Below are positions 1-11,491 of a stretch of 34,020 nucleotides of DNA, piece by piece. The position numbers and the translations under genes are program-made. This DNA is from Dehalococcoidia bacterium. GTDB taxonomy: Bacteria; Chloroflexota; Dehalococcoidia; DSTF01; JACRBR01. Location of the stretch: positions 1 through 34,020 of the forward strand of contig JBGQBE010000035.1 of assembly GCA_041494685.1 (NCBI GenBank), given 5' to 3'. Under the pieces are notes generated by a model. The model did no database searches. It was not told where the DNA came from and saw only the letters and a list, made by a program, of their open reading frames with translations. Position 1 is the stretch's first letter. Each line of letters starts with the position of its first letter.

Positions 1-2
1 AG

Positions 3-2168
<2,166 letters not shown>

Positions 2169-2194
2169 CGCCGCGCACACAAGTCCGCACACGC

Positions 2195-2229
2195 AAGAGG
2201 CCCGCTCGAATCGAGCGGGCCTCTTTGTT
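2195..2229 (+). terminator. Intrinsic terminator after clpC
   Basis: Perfect inverted repeat AAGAGGCCCGCTCGA-A-TCGAGCGGGCCTCTT followed by TGTT. Confidence 0.85.
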
Positions 2230-2295
2230 GCCGATCGCCGACCGGGCGGCCGCGGCCTCGTGCCCGGCGATCGCGGTGTGTATCGTGGGGCGTAT

Positions 2296-3546
2296 ATGGC
2301 ACCTCGAACGCGCACGGCCCTCGTCGCGATACTCTTGGCGCTGGCGATCACCGTGGGGACGGCGCTGGTGGTGCGCGTGCACGAGGGCTACATCGCGATC
2401 CCGCACACGTGCTGCCAGGACCACCAGAACTACCTCGCGATGGCGGGCGGACTGCCGGAGCAGCGCGGCGCGGAGAGCACGCCGCCGTTCGCGTACCGCG
2501 TCCTTTCGCCAGCGATCGTGCGCGCGCTTCCCGTGTCGCCCGTTCGGGGGTTCCACTTGCTGACCATGGCCTCGCTGGCGGCGGCGCTGGTGCTGCTGTT
2601 CTACGTGCTGCGGGCGATAGGGTTCGCGGAGCCCAGCGCCGCCGCCGGAATGCTGCTCTGCGGCAGCCTGTACTGGGTGATGGAGTGGCCGCAGATGGAC
2701 TTCGCGCTCGTCGACCCGCTGTCGTTCGCGCTGTTCGCCGCGTGCCTGCTGGCGCTGTATCGCCGCGCACACGTCGCGCCCGTCGCCGGATTGATCTGCC
2801 TGGCGGTCCTGAACAAGGAGATCGGGGTCATGCTGGTGCCTGTGGCGCTCGTCGTCCTTTGGAGGAATCGTCGGTTGACGGCCGGCGCGGCGGCGCTGCT
2901 CTGCGTGGCGCCGGCAGTGACGTTTGCGGCCCTGCGGCTGCTCGTCGCCACGCACGGCGACTACTCGGTGTCGAGCGCCCTCCACGACGCGGTCGAGCAG
3001 CGCTACGGCGACCTTGCTACCGCCGCGCATGACGCCAAGACCTACTTCTTGCCTACCTGGGGGCCGTCCGTCCTGATCGCCGCCGCACAGCCCCAGACCC
3101 TCTGGCGCTTCGTACGGAAGCGCCCGGAACTGCTGCTCCTCTACGCGCTCGTCCACGCGCAACTGCTCCTGGCCGGAGACACCTCCAGGCTCCTCGTCAT
3201 CGCGTTCGTCGCCGTCGTGCCGGCGGTGCTGTATTGCCTGCGGGAGTCGCTGCGGCGCGAGTGGCTCGTGCTCGCGGCGGCGCTCGGCATCGCGTTCATC
3301 CAGGGCTTCTACTTCGAGTTCCAGCGACAGTCCGTCGCCCGCTTCGCGAACGCGCGGACCAGCTTCGACGCATCGACCGTGCACCTCCAGACGAGCATGG
3401 CGTGGCTCATGCTCGCGCTCGCGGTGGCGCTCGCCGTGCCCGTGTGGATGCGGACGGCGCGCCCCGCGCGGCCGGCGGGGCGCCCGCCGCAAGCCTCCGC
3501 CGAAGGGCCGGATGTCCCTGTTGCGCCTCCGGCGCAGCCGTTATGA
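2296..3546 (+). CDS. Multi-pass membrane protein, possibly GT-C-fold glycosyltransferase-like
   Basis: About 10 hydrophobic segments; D-x3-Y and PPFAYR in loop after first TM, NKE motif; start taken at ATG 2296. Confidence 0.6.
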   Translation: MAPRTRTALVAILLALAITVGTALVVRVHEGYIAIPHTCCQDHQNYLAMAGGLPEQRGAESTPPFAYRVLSPAIVRALPVSPVRGFHLLTMASLAAALVLLFYVLRAIGFAEPSAAAGMLLCGSLYWVMEWPQMDFALVDPLSFALFAACLLALYRRAHVAPVAGLICLAVLNKEIGVMLVPVALVVLWRNRRLTAGAAALLCVAPAVTFAALRLLVATHGDYSVSSALHDAVEQRYGDLATAAHDAKTYFLPTWGPSVLIAAAQPQTLWRFVRKRPELLLLYALVHAQLLLAGDTSRLLVIAFVAVVPAVLYCLRESLRREWLVLAAALGIAFIQGFYFEFQRQSVARFANARTSFDASTVHLQTSMAWLMLALAVALAVPVWMRTARPARPAGRPPQASAEGPDVPVAPPAQPL

Positions 3547-3595
3547 TCGTGGCACCGGCGCCTCGGGCCGGGTGGCGAGCGAGGAGGGCGAAACC

Positions 3596-3847
3596 ATGTC
3601 AGTCCGCGGGTACGTGCTGATCGAGGCGGAAGTTGGCAAGGCGAAGGCCGTCGCAGAGGCGATCCACAAAATGAAGCACGGCGACGCCAAGGTCGTCGCG
3701 GTGGATACCGTCACGGGGCCGTTCGACGTGATCGTGCAGCTCGAGGCGGATGACCTGGATAAGCTCGGTAACGCAATCAGCAGCGGCATCCAGCGCGCGG
3801 ACGGCGTCCAGCGCACGACGACGTGCCTGGCCGTGCGGCTGGGGTAG
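3596..3847 (+). CDS. Lrp/AsnC ligand-binding-domain protein (no HTH)
   Basis: 83 aa, YVLIEAEVGKA...VTGPFDVIV...GVQRTTTC pattern; GAGGAGG SD before ATG 3596. Confidence 0.88.
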   Translation: MSVRGYVLIEAEVGKAKAVAEAIHKMKHGDAKVVAVDTVTGPFDVIVQLEADDLDKLGNAISSGIQRADGVQRTTTCLAVRLG

Positions 3848-3859
3848 CGGCTGCGCCGC

Positions 3860-3908
3860 TAGAACCAGATGCGTTCGGCATAGGTTCTACGTTCTTGGTT
3901 CCAGGTTC
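3860..3908. repeat. Hairpin plus four degenerate 7-bp repeats (NNNGTTC) between convergent genes
   Basis: TAGGTTC TACGTTC TTGGTTC CAGGTTC at 3881-3908; TAGAACC 3860-3866 pairs with GGTTCTA 3883-3889. Confidence 0.65.
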
Positions 3909-4703
3909 TCACGGAGTGATGTCGAAGGTGAGGCTGCCGTTGCTGTAACGCAGCAGGCGGTGGTCCGGTGTGGTGGCGAACCAGCCGCGCTGCTGGCTCT
4001 GATCGGCCTCCATCGTCACCAGCCACGCATCCACCTCGCTGCCGCCGACCTTCAGCTTCTGCTGCTCGAGCACCGTGATCACTACGGTCTGCCGCAGGTC
4101 GCCGCGGTTCGAGAGCATCGTCCGGTAGTTCGCCGTCCAGCCCTTCTCGAACTTGATCGTGCGCCAAAGGAAGAGCGATGAGTCGTTCTCGTACGAGTTC
4201 TCCGGCACGCAGACGGGGATGCTGCGCGTGCTGTTGGGCTCGCTGCGAGTCGGCGGCTGGAACGTCGTCTGCGTGATCTTCGCCTGCCGGCCCGTCTTGC
4301 ATTTCGACGTATCGATGTCGTCGTAGGTCACGTCGACCACGCGCTTCTGATCCGAGTCGAGCACCTCGCGATGGTAGGCGCGCGGCTTCAGCGTCTGCGT
4401 GTCGGCACGCACGACGGAGACGTCGGAATTGCCCTTGTCGTCGACGGAGTTCTGCTCCAGCGCGAAGACATCGCCGTCCTTCGTGATCGAGAGCGTGATC
4501 TTCCCCTTCACCTGTCCGTCCTGGGTCAGCGTATACGTGTGCGTTTCCGGCGCCGTCCATGGGATCGTGGAGACGATGTCCTGGCAGTGGAGGCACTCGA
4601 CGCCGGTGTTGCACGACGCGGCGAGCAGCAGGAGCGGCGCGATCAGCGCCGCGGCGAGCAGCCGCATCGAACGGGGGCGCGCCGCACGGCGCAGCAGCGT
4701 CAT
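3909..4703 (-). CDS. Putative lipoprotein, beta-rich (DUF3108-like)
   Basis: Basic N-terminus, hydrophobic stretch and lipobox-like LAASC; ATG 4703 overlaps ltaE stop (ATGA). Confidence 0.65.
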   Translation of the reverse strand: MTLLRRAARPRSMRLLAAALIAPLLLLAASCNTGVECLHCQDIVSTIPWTAPETHTYTLTQDGQVKGKITLSITKDGDVFALEQNSVDDKGNSDVSVVRADTQTLKPRAYHREVLDSDQKRVVDVTYDDIDTSKCKTGRQAKITQTTFQPPTRSEPNSTRSIPVCVPENSYENDSSLFLWRTIKFEKGWTANYRTMLSNRGDLRQTVVITVLEQQKLKVGGSEVDAWLVTMEADQSQQRGWFATTPDHRLLRYSNGSLTFDITP

Positions 4704-5743
4704 GCGAGCGCCGCCGCGGCGTGGCGCACGCGCTCGAGCGCGGCTTCGATATCGGCGCGTTCGATGCCGTAGTGCGTGACCATGCGGATGCGCCCCGGCG
4801 CCGGCGACGTCGCGAGCACACCGGCCCGCTTCATGCCGCGCATCAGGCCAAGCCAATCGCCGTGCACGCCGAAGATGACGATGTTCGTGTCCACGCTCGT
4901 CGGATCGAGTTCGATCGTTGGCAACTCGGCGAGGCCGCGCGCCAGCAGCCGGGCGTTGGCGTGGTCATCGGCCAGGCGGTCGACCATCTGCTCCAGCGCG
5001 TAGACGCCGGCGGCTGCGATGATGCCCGCCTGGCGCATGCCGCCGCCCAGGGCTTTGCGCATCTTCCGCGCCCGTGCGACAAACTCGGCCGAGCCGCAGA
5101 GCACGGAGCCGACGGGCGCGCCCAGCCCCTTCGAGAGGCAGAAGCTCACCGAATCGGCCGGCCCGGCGAGCGCGGCCACGCTGGTACCCAGCGCCAGCGC
5201 GGCGTTGAAGATGCGCGCGCCGTCGATGTGGACGCGGGCGCCGTGGCGGTGCGCGACGTCGGCGAGCGCCTGCGTGTCGTCGAGCGTGACCACCGCGCCG
5301 CCGCAGCGGTTATGCGTGTTCTCAAGGCAGAGCAGCGTCGTGGACGGCAGGTGCACGTTCTCGCCGCGCACGGTCGCCTCCACGTCCGCGGGGTCGATGC
5401 GGCCGCGCGCATCGTTGGGCACGGTGCGGAGTTGCACGCCGGCCACGCCGGCCGCGCCGGCGACCTCGTAGTGCAGGATGTGGGACTCGCTGCCGACGAT
5501 GGCCTCGTCACCGCGCCCGCAGTGGGCCATGATGGCGACCAGGTTGCTCATCGTGCCGCTGGCAACGAAGAGGCCGGTTTCCTTGCCGGTGCGCTCGGCG
5601 GCCATCGCCTCCAGGCGGCGGACGGTCGGGTCCTCGCCGAAGACGTCGTCGCCGACGGCTGCCTCGAAGATGGCGTGGCGCATCGCGTCGGACGGCACGG
5701 TCACGGTATCGGAGCGCAAGTCGATCGCCGGTTGGTCAGTCAT
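4700..5743 (-). CDS. ltaE: Low-specificity L-threonine aldolase (PLP)
   Basis: IDLRSDTVT, GDDVFGEDPT, SGTMSNL, LENTHN, HIDGARIFNA, CLSKGLGAPVGS (PLP Lys), GGGMRQAG. Confidence 0.95.
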   Translation of the reverse strand: MTDQPAIDLRSDTVTVPSDAMRHAIFEAAVGDDVFGEDPTVRRLEAMAAERTGKETGLFVASGTMSNLVAIMAHCGRGDEAIVGSESHILHYEVAGAAGVAGVQLRTVPNDARGRIDPADVEATVRGENVHLPSTTLLCLENTHNRCGGAVVTLDDTQALADVAHRHGARVHIDGARIFNAALALGTSVAALAGPADSVSFCLSKGLGAPVGSVLCGSAEFVARARKMRKALGGGMRQAGIIAAAGVYALEQMVDRLADDHANARLLARGLAELPTIELDPTSVDTNIVIFGVHGDWLGLMRGMKRAGVLATSPAPGRIRMVTHYGIERADIEAALERVRHAAAALA

Positions 5744-6188
5744 CGGTGCGCGCGTCGCTTGCCCATAGCGTCTGGAACCCCTCACCTCCGCGGATCGCGG
5801 CCAACTCGACCGCCCGCTCATCCTCCACCAACTCCCGGAACGCCTCGTCGCACTGCGCCGCGGTGTCCGAGTAGCCCAACGCCACCAGGCGCCGCGAGAG
5901 ATACTCCCAGATTCCGGACTCGGCCATCGCGCGCGCGTGGCGGGGCCACTGGAACGTCAGGATCTTCTCTGGCACGCGGAAGCGCGGCCGCATCATCTTC
6001 AGGCTGCGGAAGCGATCCTCCGCCGACGACGCCCGTGGTACGACGCGGACCATCGGTCCGCGTTCGTCGTTCGTCCGGGCATCGACGAGCAGCCGTCGGT
6101 CGGTGACCGAGAACCGCACGACCAGCACCTCCGCCGCGTCGATCACGCGGCGCACTTCGCTGAGATCGATGCCGAAATCCGCGCCCAC
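5736..6188 (-). CDS. Hypothetical protein (150 aa), first gene of probable operon with ltaE
   Basis: Globular-looking ORF, GTG start, TAGAAT upstream on minus strand, stop overlaps ltaE start. Confidence 0.7.
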   Translation of the reverse strand: MGADFGIDLSEVRRVIDAAEVLVVRFSVTDRRLLVDARTNDERGPMVRVVPRASSAEDRFRSLKMMRPRFRVPEKILTFQWPRHARAMAESGIWEYLSRRLVALGYSDTAAQCDEAFRELVEDERAVELAAIRGGEGFQTLWASDARTDD

Positions 6189-6362
6189 TGCTGCCTCGCC
6201 CGGTCATTCTAGGTTCGAACGGAGGCCCGAACAAGGACGGCGCGGCCGTCCACGCAGCAACGTGGTCCGACGTGGTGCTCTACCTGGACGCCAGGGGGTA
6301 GTTGGCGCGTCACCGGGACGCTATACTCACCCATTCATCCGAGCTTAACACAGGAGGCCGCG

Positions 6363-8381
6363 ATGACCGACGGTACGGGAGATACGCCTCAACCGATCGA
6401 CGCAGGTAAGGCCGACGCCGCCCTGCGATTCAGCCTGGTGCAGCAAGGCGTGGCGGCCGGCGGACAGAAGCCGCCCGTTCCGCTCAACGTCGACGACGCC
6501 GGCGGCGAGAACCCCTCGCGCACGTACCACTTCACCGTCGGTAGCGACCGCAAGATCTACGGCCGCGACGACGCGCTGCCCGCAGGGCCGAGCTTCCCGA
6601 TGACGATGACCCTCCGCACGATGCAAGGTGTCATGGTGGTGCATTCCAGGATCTTCCGTCCCGACGAGCTTGACCCTGACGCACTGCGATGGGACGGCGG
6701 GAGCTCGATGGTGCACGCGGATCTGCCGTCCGACCAGGGGAAGGGGTTTCAGACCGAGTTGCGAAACGAGCACCGCATGCTCCAGTTCGTCCCGCAAGAC
6801 GGCGATTACCTCGGCGCGATCCGTGCCAACATCGTCGCCCTGCAGGACAAAGGCTTCTTGTTCCGTTTCACGGTGGCCGACGACGCAATGGCGGCCCCAT
6901 CGAACACAGGCTTGAACGTCGGTGCTGGCGTTGGGCCGGCGCCAGCAGCGGCCCACGAATTGGGCGGGCCGCTGCCGTCCGCGCCGTTCGATCCTGCGGG
7001 GCCCGCTCCGGAAGCCAACTACGGGCGGAGCGTGGGCCGGTTCCCGCTTCGGCCGCGGATCGCCGCCGGCGCGATCGCGGCGACGGCGGTGATCGGCATC
7101 GGCGGGTACCTGCTGTTCGGTGTCGGCGACAGCGGCAAGGCGAACAACCAGCCAGCGCCGGCGCAGGTGGCGATGGTGCCGACGGCCGGGCCGCCGGTGC
7201 TGCGGTCTGAGGGCCTCAGAGAGCTGCTCAGCGGCATCATGGAGCCGGAGGAGATCGACGCAGCGCTGAGCCACGCCGCCAAACAGGAGCCGGCGTACGC
7301 ACTGATCTACAGCATCCCCGGGACGACGCCCGGCGTCGACGCGCCGTACTTACACATCGACGGCTTTACGGTGTTCAGCGGCACGATCACGACGACGATG
7401 TCCGGCGCGCCTCTGCGCCCCCTATTCGGGGCGTGCGCAAGCCAGCCCGTCGAGGCGTTGCTGATCTGCGACGAGCCGACAGCGAACGCCGCCGCACCTG
7501 GCGCCTACCTGTTCGGCGGCGTGCAGGTCGGCGCACCGATCCCGCTGAACGACACACAGCACGCATACACATACAGCTTGGTCCTGGACGCGGACGGAAG
7601 CCCGGCGAACAACTTCCAGGCGGCGCCCGACTTCAAGTGGGACTACTTCCAGAACACCGACCTCTGGGTGCAGCTCACGTGGGGCGGGCCGAACAATCCG
7701 AATTGGTCACTGGGCGCGACCCGCTTGAACGGCCAGCAGCGCGAGCCCGTGAATGCCGACGTACGCGCCATGATCAGCAAGGACAGCATCCTGTTCATGC
7801 TGCCGAGGTCGCTGGTGCCGGACGCCGACCCGGGCGTGCGATTCACGACGTTCCAGTTCAACGGCACGTCGCCCGACCCGGCGACGGCGGGCGGCGCCGT
7901 CACCGGCGGCGACCCGACGAAGCCGCTGGCGCACATCGGTGCCAACCTGCCGGAATTCGCGTTGTCGGCGAGCGCGAGCGCAGGTTCCACGCCATCATCC
8001 GGCGACACGAGCGATCCGAAGGCGCAGTGGCAGGCGCGGCTACAGGAGTTCGTCTCCAGGCTGCGGGTGCGTGACAACGACTGGCTCTTCGCGCACCTGA
8101 ATCCGGCGGTGCTACAGGTGTACGGCGCTGACCAGTGCAAATCGTCGCTCGCGGGGCGCGCGCCCGACCCAACGATCAACATCGACATCGTCAATGTGAC
8201 GGGGCCGGCGTCCTGGCCGTATACCGCAGAAGGGAAGTCGGTCGCTGTCGACGGCGTCTTCACGGTCGAATCCAATGGGACCGCCCACGGCGAGACGGCG
8301 CCACAGACGTATCACTTCACATACGAGAACGGCGGGGTCGGGTGGTTCACGCAATGTATGCAGACGCAGGGCGGACAGTAG
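6363..8381 (+). CDS. Hypothetical single-pass membrane protein (672 aa)
   Basis: AGGAGG SD; TATACT at 6322-6327; central TM IAAGAIAATAVIGIGGYLLFGV flanked by Pro/Ala-rich linkers. Confidence 0.8.
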   Translation: MTDGTGDTPQPIDAGKADAALRFSLVQQGVAAGGQKPPVPLNVDDAGGENPSRTYHFTVGSDRKIYGRDDALPAGPSFPMTMTLRTMQGVMVVHSRIFRPDELDPDALRWDGGSSMVHADLPSDQGKGFQTELRNEHRMLQFVPQDGDYLGAIRANIVALQDKGFLFRFTVADDAMAAPSNTGLNVGAGVGPAPAAAHELGGPLPSAPFDPAGPAPEANYGRSVGRFPLRPRIAAGAIAATAVIGIGGYLLFGVGDSGKANNQPAPAQVAMVPTAGPPVLRSEGLRELLSGIMEPEEIDAALSHAAKQEPAYALIYSIPGTTPGVDAPYLHIDGFTVFSGTITTTMSGAPLRPLFGACASQPVEALLICDEPTANAAAPGAYLFGGVQVGAPIPLNDTQHAYTYSLVLDADGSPANNFQAAPDFKWDYFQNTDLWVQLTWGGPNNPNWSLGATRLNGQQREPVNADVRAMISKDSILFMLPRSLVPDADPGVRFTTFQFNGTSPDPATAGGAVTGGDPTKPLAHIGANLPEFALSASASAGSTPSSGDTSDPKAQWQARLQEFVSRLRVRDNDWLFAHLNPAVLQVYGADQCKSSLAGRAPDPTINIDIVNVTGPASWPYTAEGKSVAVDGVFTVESNGTAHGETAPQTYHFTYENGGVGWFTQCMQTQGGQ

Positions 8382-8403
8382 TCAGCGGACATCGGCGGCG
8401 GCA

Positions 8404-8442
8404 ATGACGAGAGGGCCGGAACGATCCCGGCCCTCTCGTCAT
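8404..8442. terminator. Probable bidirectional terminator between convergent genes
   Basis: 16-bp perfect stem ATGACGAGAGGGCCGG / CCGGCCCTCTCGTCAT with 7-nt loop. Confidence 0.75.
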
Positions 8443-8464
8443 CCATCCAATCCGTTGCGCCCGG

Positions 8465-9616
8465 CTACAGCGCGCTCTTGTAGATCGCGGCCAGGTCCTC
8501 CGCCGAACCGGGGCGCGGCGCCGCGATGAAGATGCCCTGCGACTTCTGCGCGTCCTCGACGAACTGCGGAATGTCCGACTCCTTCATCCCGACCTCGCTC
8601 AGCTTCGACGTCACTTTGATGTCGCTGCGCAGCGAGCGCACCGCCGCCACGACCTCGGCACCGACCCTCGCCGCTGGCATGCCATAGGAGTTGATGCCCA
8701 TCAGCGGGGCGATCTCCGTCAACTGCTCGGCCAGGAACTCCTTGTGATAGTCCAGCACCTGCGAGAGCAGGATGGCGTTGGCGACGCCGTGCGGCGTGCC
8801 CAGGCGGCCGCTGACGACGTGCGAGAGGCCGTGCACTTGGCCGAGGCCGTTGGCCATGGACTGGCCGGCGATGTTCGCGGCGTAGAGCATGTTGCGCAGC
8901 CCGGCCGGGCGGTCGGGGCCGTTGACGGCCTGGCGCAGGTTCAGGCTGATCTGGTGGATCGCGCGCGTCGCGAACATGCGGGTGAAAGGCGTGTTGCCGG
9001 GGTTCACGTACGCCTCGATGGCGTGGGTGAGCGCGTCCATGCCGGTGGCGGCGGTGATCGGCGCGGGCATCTTGGCCACCAGGTTGGGGTCCAGGATGGC
9101 GACGTTCGGAGTGCAGTTCAGCATCAGGTGCTTGTAGTGCGTGGACGGGTCGGTGATGACGGCCGCGGGAGAGATCTCGGAGCCGGTGCCGCAGGTCGTA
9201 GGGATGGCGAACAGCGGCAGTACCTTGCCGGGGAACGGCGTGCCGCCGACGCCGAACAGGTACTCCTTCGAGGTGGTGCCGCCCATCGCCGCCGTGACGG
9301 CGATGCCCTTCGCGGCGTCGATGGCGCTGCCGCCGCCGACCGCGACGACGAAGTCTCCCTTCACGTCGTTGATCTCGGCGACGCCGCCGTCGACCTCCTG
9401 GATCGTGGGGTTCGGGGTGACGTTCTCGTACACCGTGTGCGCGACGCCGCCTTCGTCGAGCGACGCCAGCACCGAGTCGAGGATGCCCGCGGCGCGGATG
9501 CCGGGATCCGTCACGACAAAGGCGTGCTTGTAGCCAGCGGCCTTGGCGCGCTGACCCAGCTCGGCGATGCTTCCCTCGCCGAACACGGTCTGTACGGTCA
9601 GTGCGAATGTTGCCAT
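8465..9616 (-). CDS. Iron-containing (group III) alcohol dehydrogenase
   Basis: GGGSAIDAAK, IPTTCGTGSE, GMDALTHAIE, VHGLSH, HGVANA metal ligands; AGGAGG SD before ATG 9616. Confidence 0.93.
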   Translation of the reverse strand: MATFALTVQTVFGEGSIAELGQRAKAAGYKHAFVVTDPGIRAAGILDSVLASLDEGGVAHTVYENVTPNPTIQEVDGGVAEINDVKGDFVVAVGGGSAIDAAKGIAVTAAMGGTTSKEYLFGVGGTPFPGKVLPLFAIPTTCGTGSEISPAAVITDPSTHYKHLMLNCTPNVAILDPNLVAKMPAPITAATGMDALTHAIEAYVNPGNTPFTRMFATRAIHQISLNLRQAVNGPDRPAGLRNMLYAANIAGQSMANGLGQVHGLSHVVSGRLGTPHGVANAILLSQVLDYHKEFLAEQLTEIAPLMGINSYGMPAARVGAEVVAAVRSLRSDIKVTSKLSEVGMKESDIPQFVEDAQKSQGIFIAAPRPGSAEDLAAIYKSAL

Positions 9617-9770
9617 GAAGTTCCTCCTGCGTGTAACCGCGCATTGAGCGCGCATCGGAATGCCCGCAGAGATGCGGGCGGCCCCACACTATGGATCGGG
9701 GCGCGGCTTCGGGCAATTGCCCGCCGCCGTCCCGCCGCCCGGCGCGGTTCGCTACCATGTGGCGGCGCGT

Positions 9771-9844
9771 TGCCGGATCGTTCAATGGTAGGACAGCGGC
9801 CTTTGAAGCCGTGAATCTAGGTTCGAATCCTAGTCCGGCAGCCA
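9771..9844 (+). tRNA. tRNA-Gln (anticodon TTG)
   Basis: Acceptor TGCCGGA/TCCGGCA, D arm GTTC/GGAC, anticodon arm GCGGC-CTTTGAA-GCCGT, T arm CTAGG-TTCGAAT-CCTAG, encoded CCA. Confidence 0.96.
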
Positions 9845-9862
9845 CCTCTTCCCCGCACGCGC

Positions 9863-9891
9863 TTGCCGCGCCGCGGCGTGGCGCATAGCAT
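9863..9891 (+). promoter_or_regulatory. Sigma70-type promoter, probably leaderless, for aldose epimerase
   Basis: TTGCCG (9863-9868), 17 bp, TAGCAT (9886-9891), 6 nt, GTG 9898; no SD. Confidence 0.6.
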
Positions 9892-9897
9892 CGCCCC

Positions 9898-10782
9898 GTG
9901 GAGATCATCGACCTGCGGCGGGGACGCACGCGGGCACTCATCGCGCCCGAAGCGGGCGGCCGGCTGCTGCAGATCGAGATCCGCGAAGGCGATACGTGGC
10001 TGCCACTGCTGCGCGCGCCGCGCGACACGGCGCGGATGCTCGCGGAACCGCTGCGCTGGGGCTCCTATCCGATGCTCCCCTGGCCGAACCGCATCGACGG
10101 CGGGCGCTTCACCTGGCGCGGCCGCCTATACGCACTGCCGGCCGACGCACCGCCGCACGCTCTGCATGGCATCGGTCACTCGCGCCCATGGCGCATCGAG
10201 CGGGCGACGCGGACGGACTGCCACCTGTCGCTGGCGTTCGGCGACGCGTGGCCGTTTGGCGGGCGCGCCGTGCTGGAGTTCGCGCTGTTGGGAGACGGGA
10301 TCGTGCAGCGCATCGAGCTGCATGCCACGGGACGAGCGTTCCCCGCGGGCGCGGGCTGGCACCCGTGGTTTCGGCGCGACGTGCGCGCGGGCGCCGGCGT
10401 CCGGGTGCTGGTCGACGCTGACCGCGTGTACGAGACGCACGACATGATCCCGACCGGCTGGCTGAAGCCCGCCGTCGGTGAGCGCGACCTGCGCGGGTAT
10501 CCGGCGCTCAGCGGGCGGCGGCTGGACGACTGCTACCAGGGCGTGCGCGGCGACCTTCGCGTCCGCTGGGGCGACGTGGAGCTCCGGATGGCGTCGTCGC
10601 CAAACGTCACGCACGCCGTCGTCTTCACACCGCGCGAGGCCGTCTGCCTGGAGCCGCAGACCTGCGCGATCGACGCCTTCAACCTGGACGCGCAGCGTGT
10701 GAGCGGCAGCGGGACGACCGTGGTGGCGCCGGGGCGACCGCTCGTCGCGACGACGCGCTGGCGGTGGCGCATCGGCGGCTGA
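9898..10782 (+). CDS. Aldose 1-epimerase (galactose mutarotase-like) family protein
   Basis: PWPNRIDGGRF, HALHG, GWHPWF, LDDCY, CLEPQT motifs. Confidence 0.9.
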   Translation: MEIIDLRRGRTRALIAPEAGGRLLQIEIREGDTWLPLLRAPRDTARMLAEPLRWGSYPMLPWPNRIDGGRFTWRGRLYALPADAPPHALHGIGHSRPWRIERATRTDCHLSLAFGDAWPFGGRAVLEFALLGDGIVQRIELHATGRAFPAGAGWHPWFRRDVRAGAGVRVLVDADRVYETHDMIPTGWLKPAVGERDLRGYPALSGRRLDDCYQGVRGDLRVRWGDVELRMASSPNVTHAVVFTPREAVCLEPQTCAIDAFNLDAQRVSGSGTTVVAPGRPLVATTRWRWRIGG

Positions 10783-10837
10783 CCGTGCGGCGGCGAGGGC
10801 GGCGCGCTACGCTGCGAGGGCACACCGGAGGACAGCC

Positions 10838-11491
10838 ATGGACCTGTACCTGATCCGCCACGGCGAGTCGGACATCCCGCCCGACACGTTCCAGGACGAC
10901 TACCCCCTTTCCGACCTGGGGCTGCGCCAGGCGGAGGCGATGGCGCAGCGCTTTCGCGGCATCCGCGTCGACCACCTGATCACAACGCCGTACCTCCGCA
11001 CGCGGCAGACGGCCGAGGCGATCGCGCGCGCCACGGGTGTGACGGCGATCGAGGAGCCGGGGCTGGGCGCGTTCAAGGCGGGCGGATTCCACGCGGTGCC
11101 GGTGTCGAAAGCGCGCGACGCGTACCCCGACTGGTTCGAGAAGACCTACCCGCTGCAAAGCTACGAGCTGGCCGGCGGCGAGAGCGCGGCGGCGTTCTTC
11201 GAGCGCGTTACGGAGGCGTTCATCGAGAAGGTGTGGGAGCGCTACAGCGAGTCGCGCGACCTCAACGTCGTCGTCGTATGCCACGAAGAGACGGTCAACG
11301 CCCTGCTGCACCACTTCCTCGGGCTGCCGTTCTCCGGCTTCCAAGCGTTCAAGCTTGACCACACGTCTATCACGCGTGTGAACAGCCGGCAGCACAGGCC
11401 ACGCATCAACGCCGTCAACGATACGACGCACCTGGTCGTCGCGGGGCTGCCAGTCGGCGCGTCCGGCACCGGGCGCCCGCCCGGCAGCTGA
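10838..11491 (+). CDS. Histidine phosphatase (phosphoglycerate mutase-like) family protein
   Basis: LYLIRHGES, RTRQTA, GGES, VVCH, NDTTHL; GGAGG SD. Confidence 0.9.
   Translation: MDLYLIRHGESDIPPDTFQDDYPLSDLGLRQAEAMAQRFRGIRVDHLITTPYLRTRQTAEAIARATGVTAIEEPGLGAFKAGGFHAVPVSKARDAYPDWFEKTYPLQSYELAGGESAAAFFERVTEAFIEKVWERYSESRDLNVVVVCHEETVNALLHHFLGLPFSGFQAFKLDHTSITRVNSRQHRPRINAVNDTTHLVVAGLPVGASGTGRPPGS

Noticed and set aside
4581..4600. c-type heme motif in the lipoprotein
   Set aside because: Sequence is CLHCQ, lacking the His of CxxCH
9771..9844. tRNA as integration site of an island
   Set aside because: No integrase and no duplicated tRNA 3' end seen in the window; flanking genes look like ordinary metabolism
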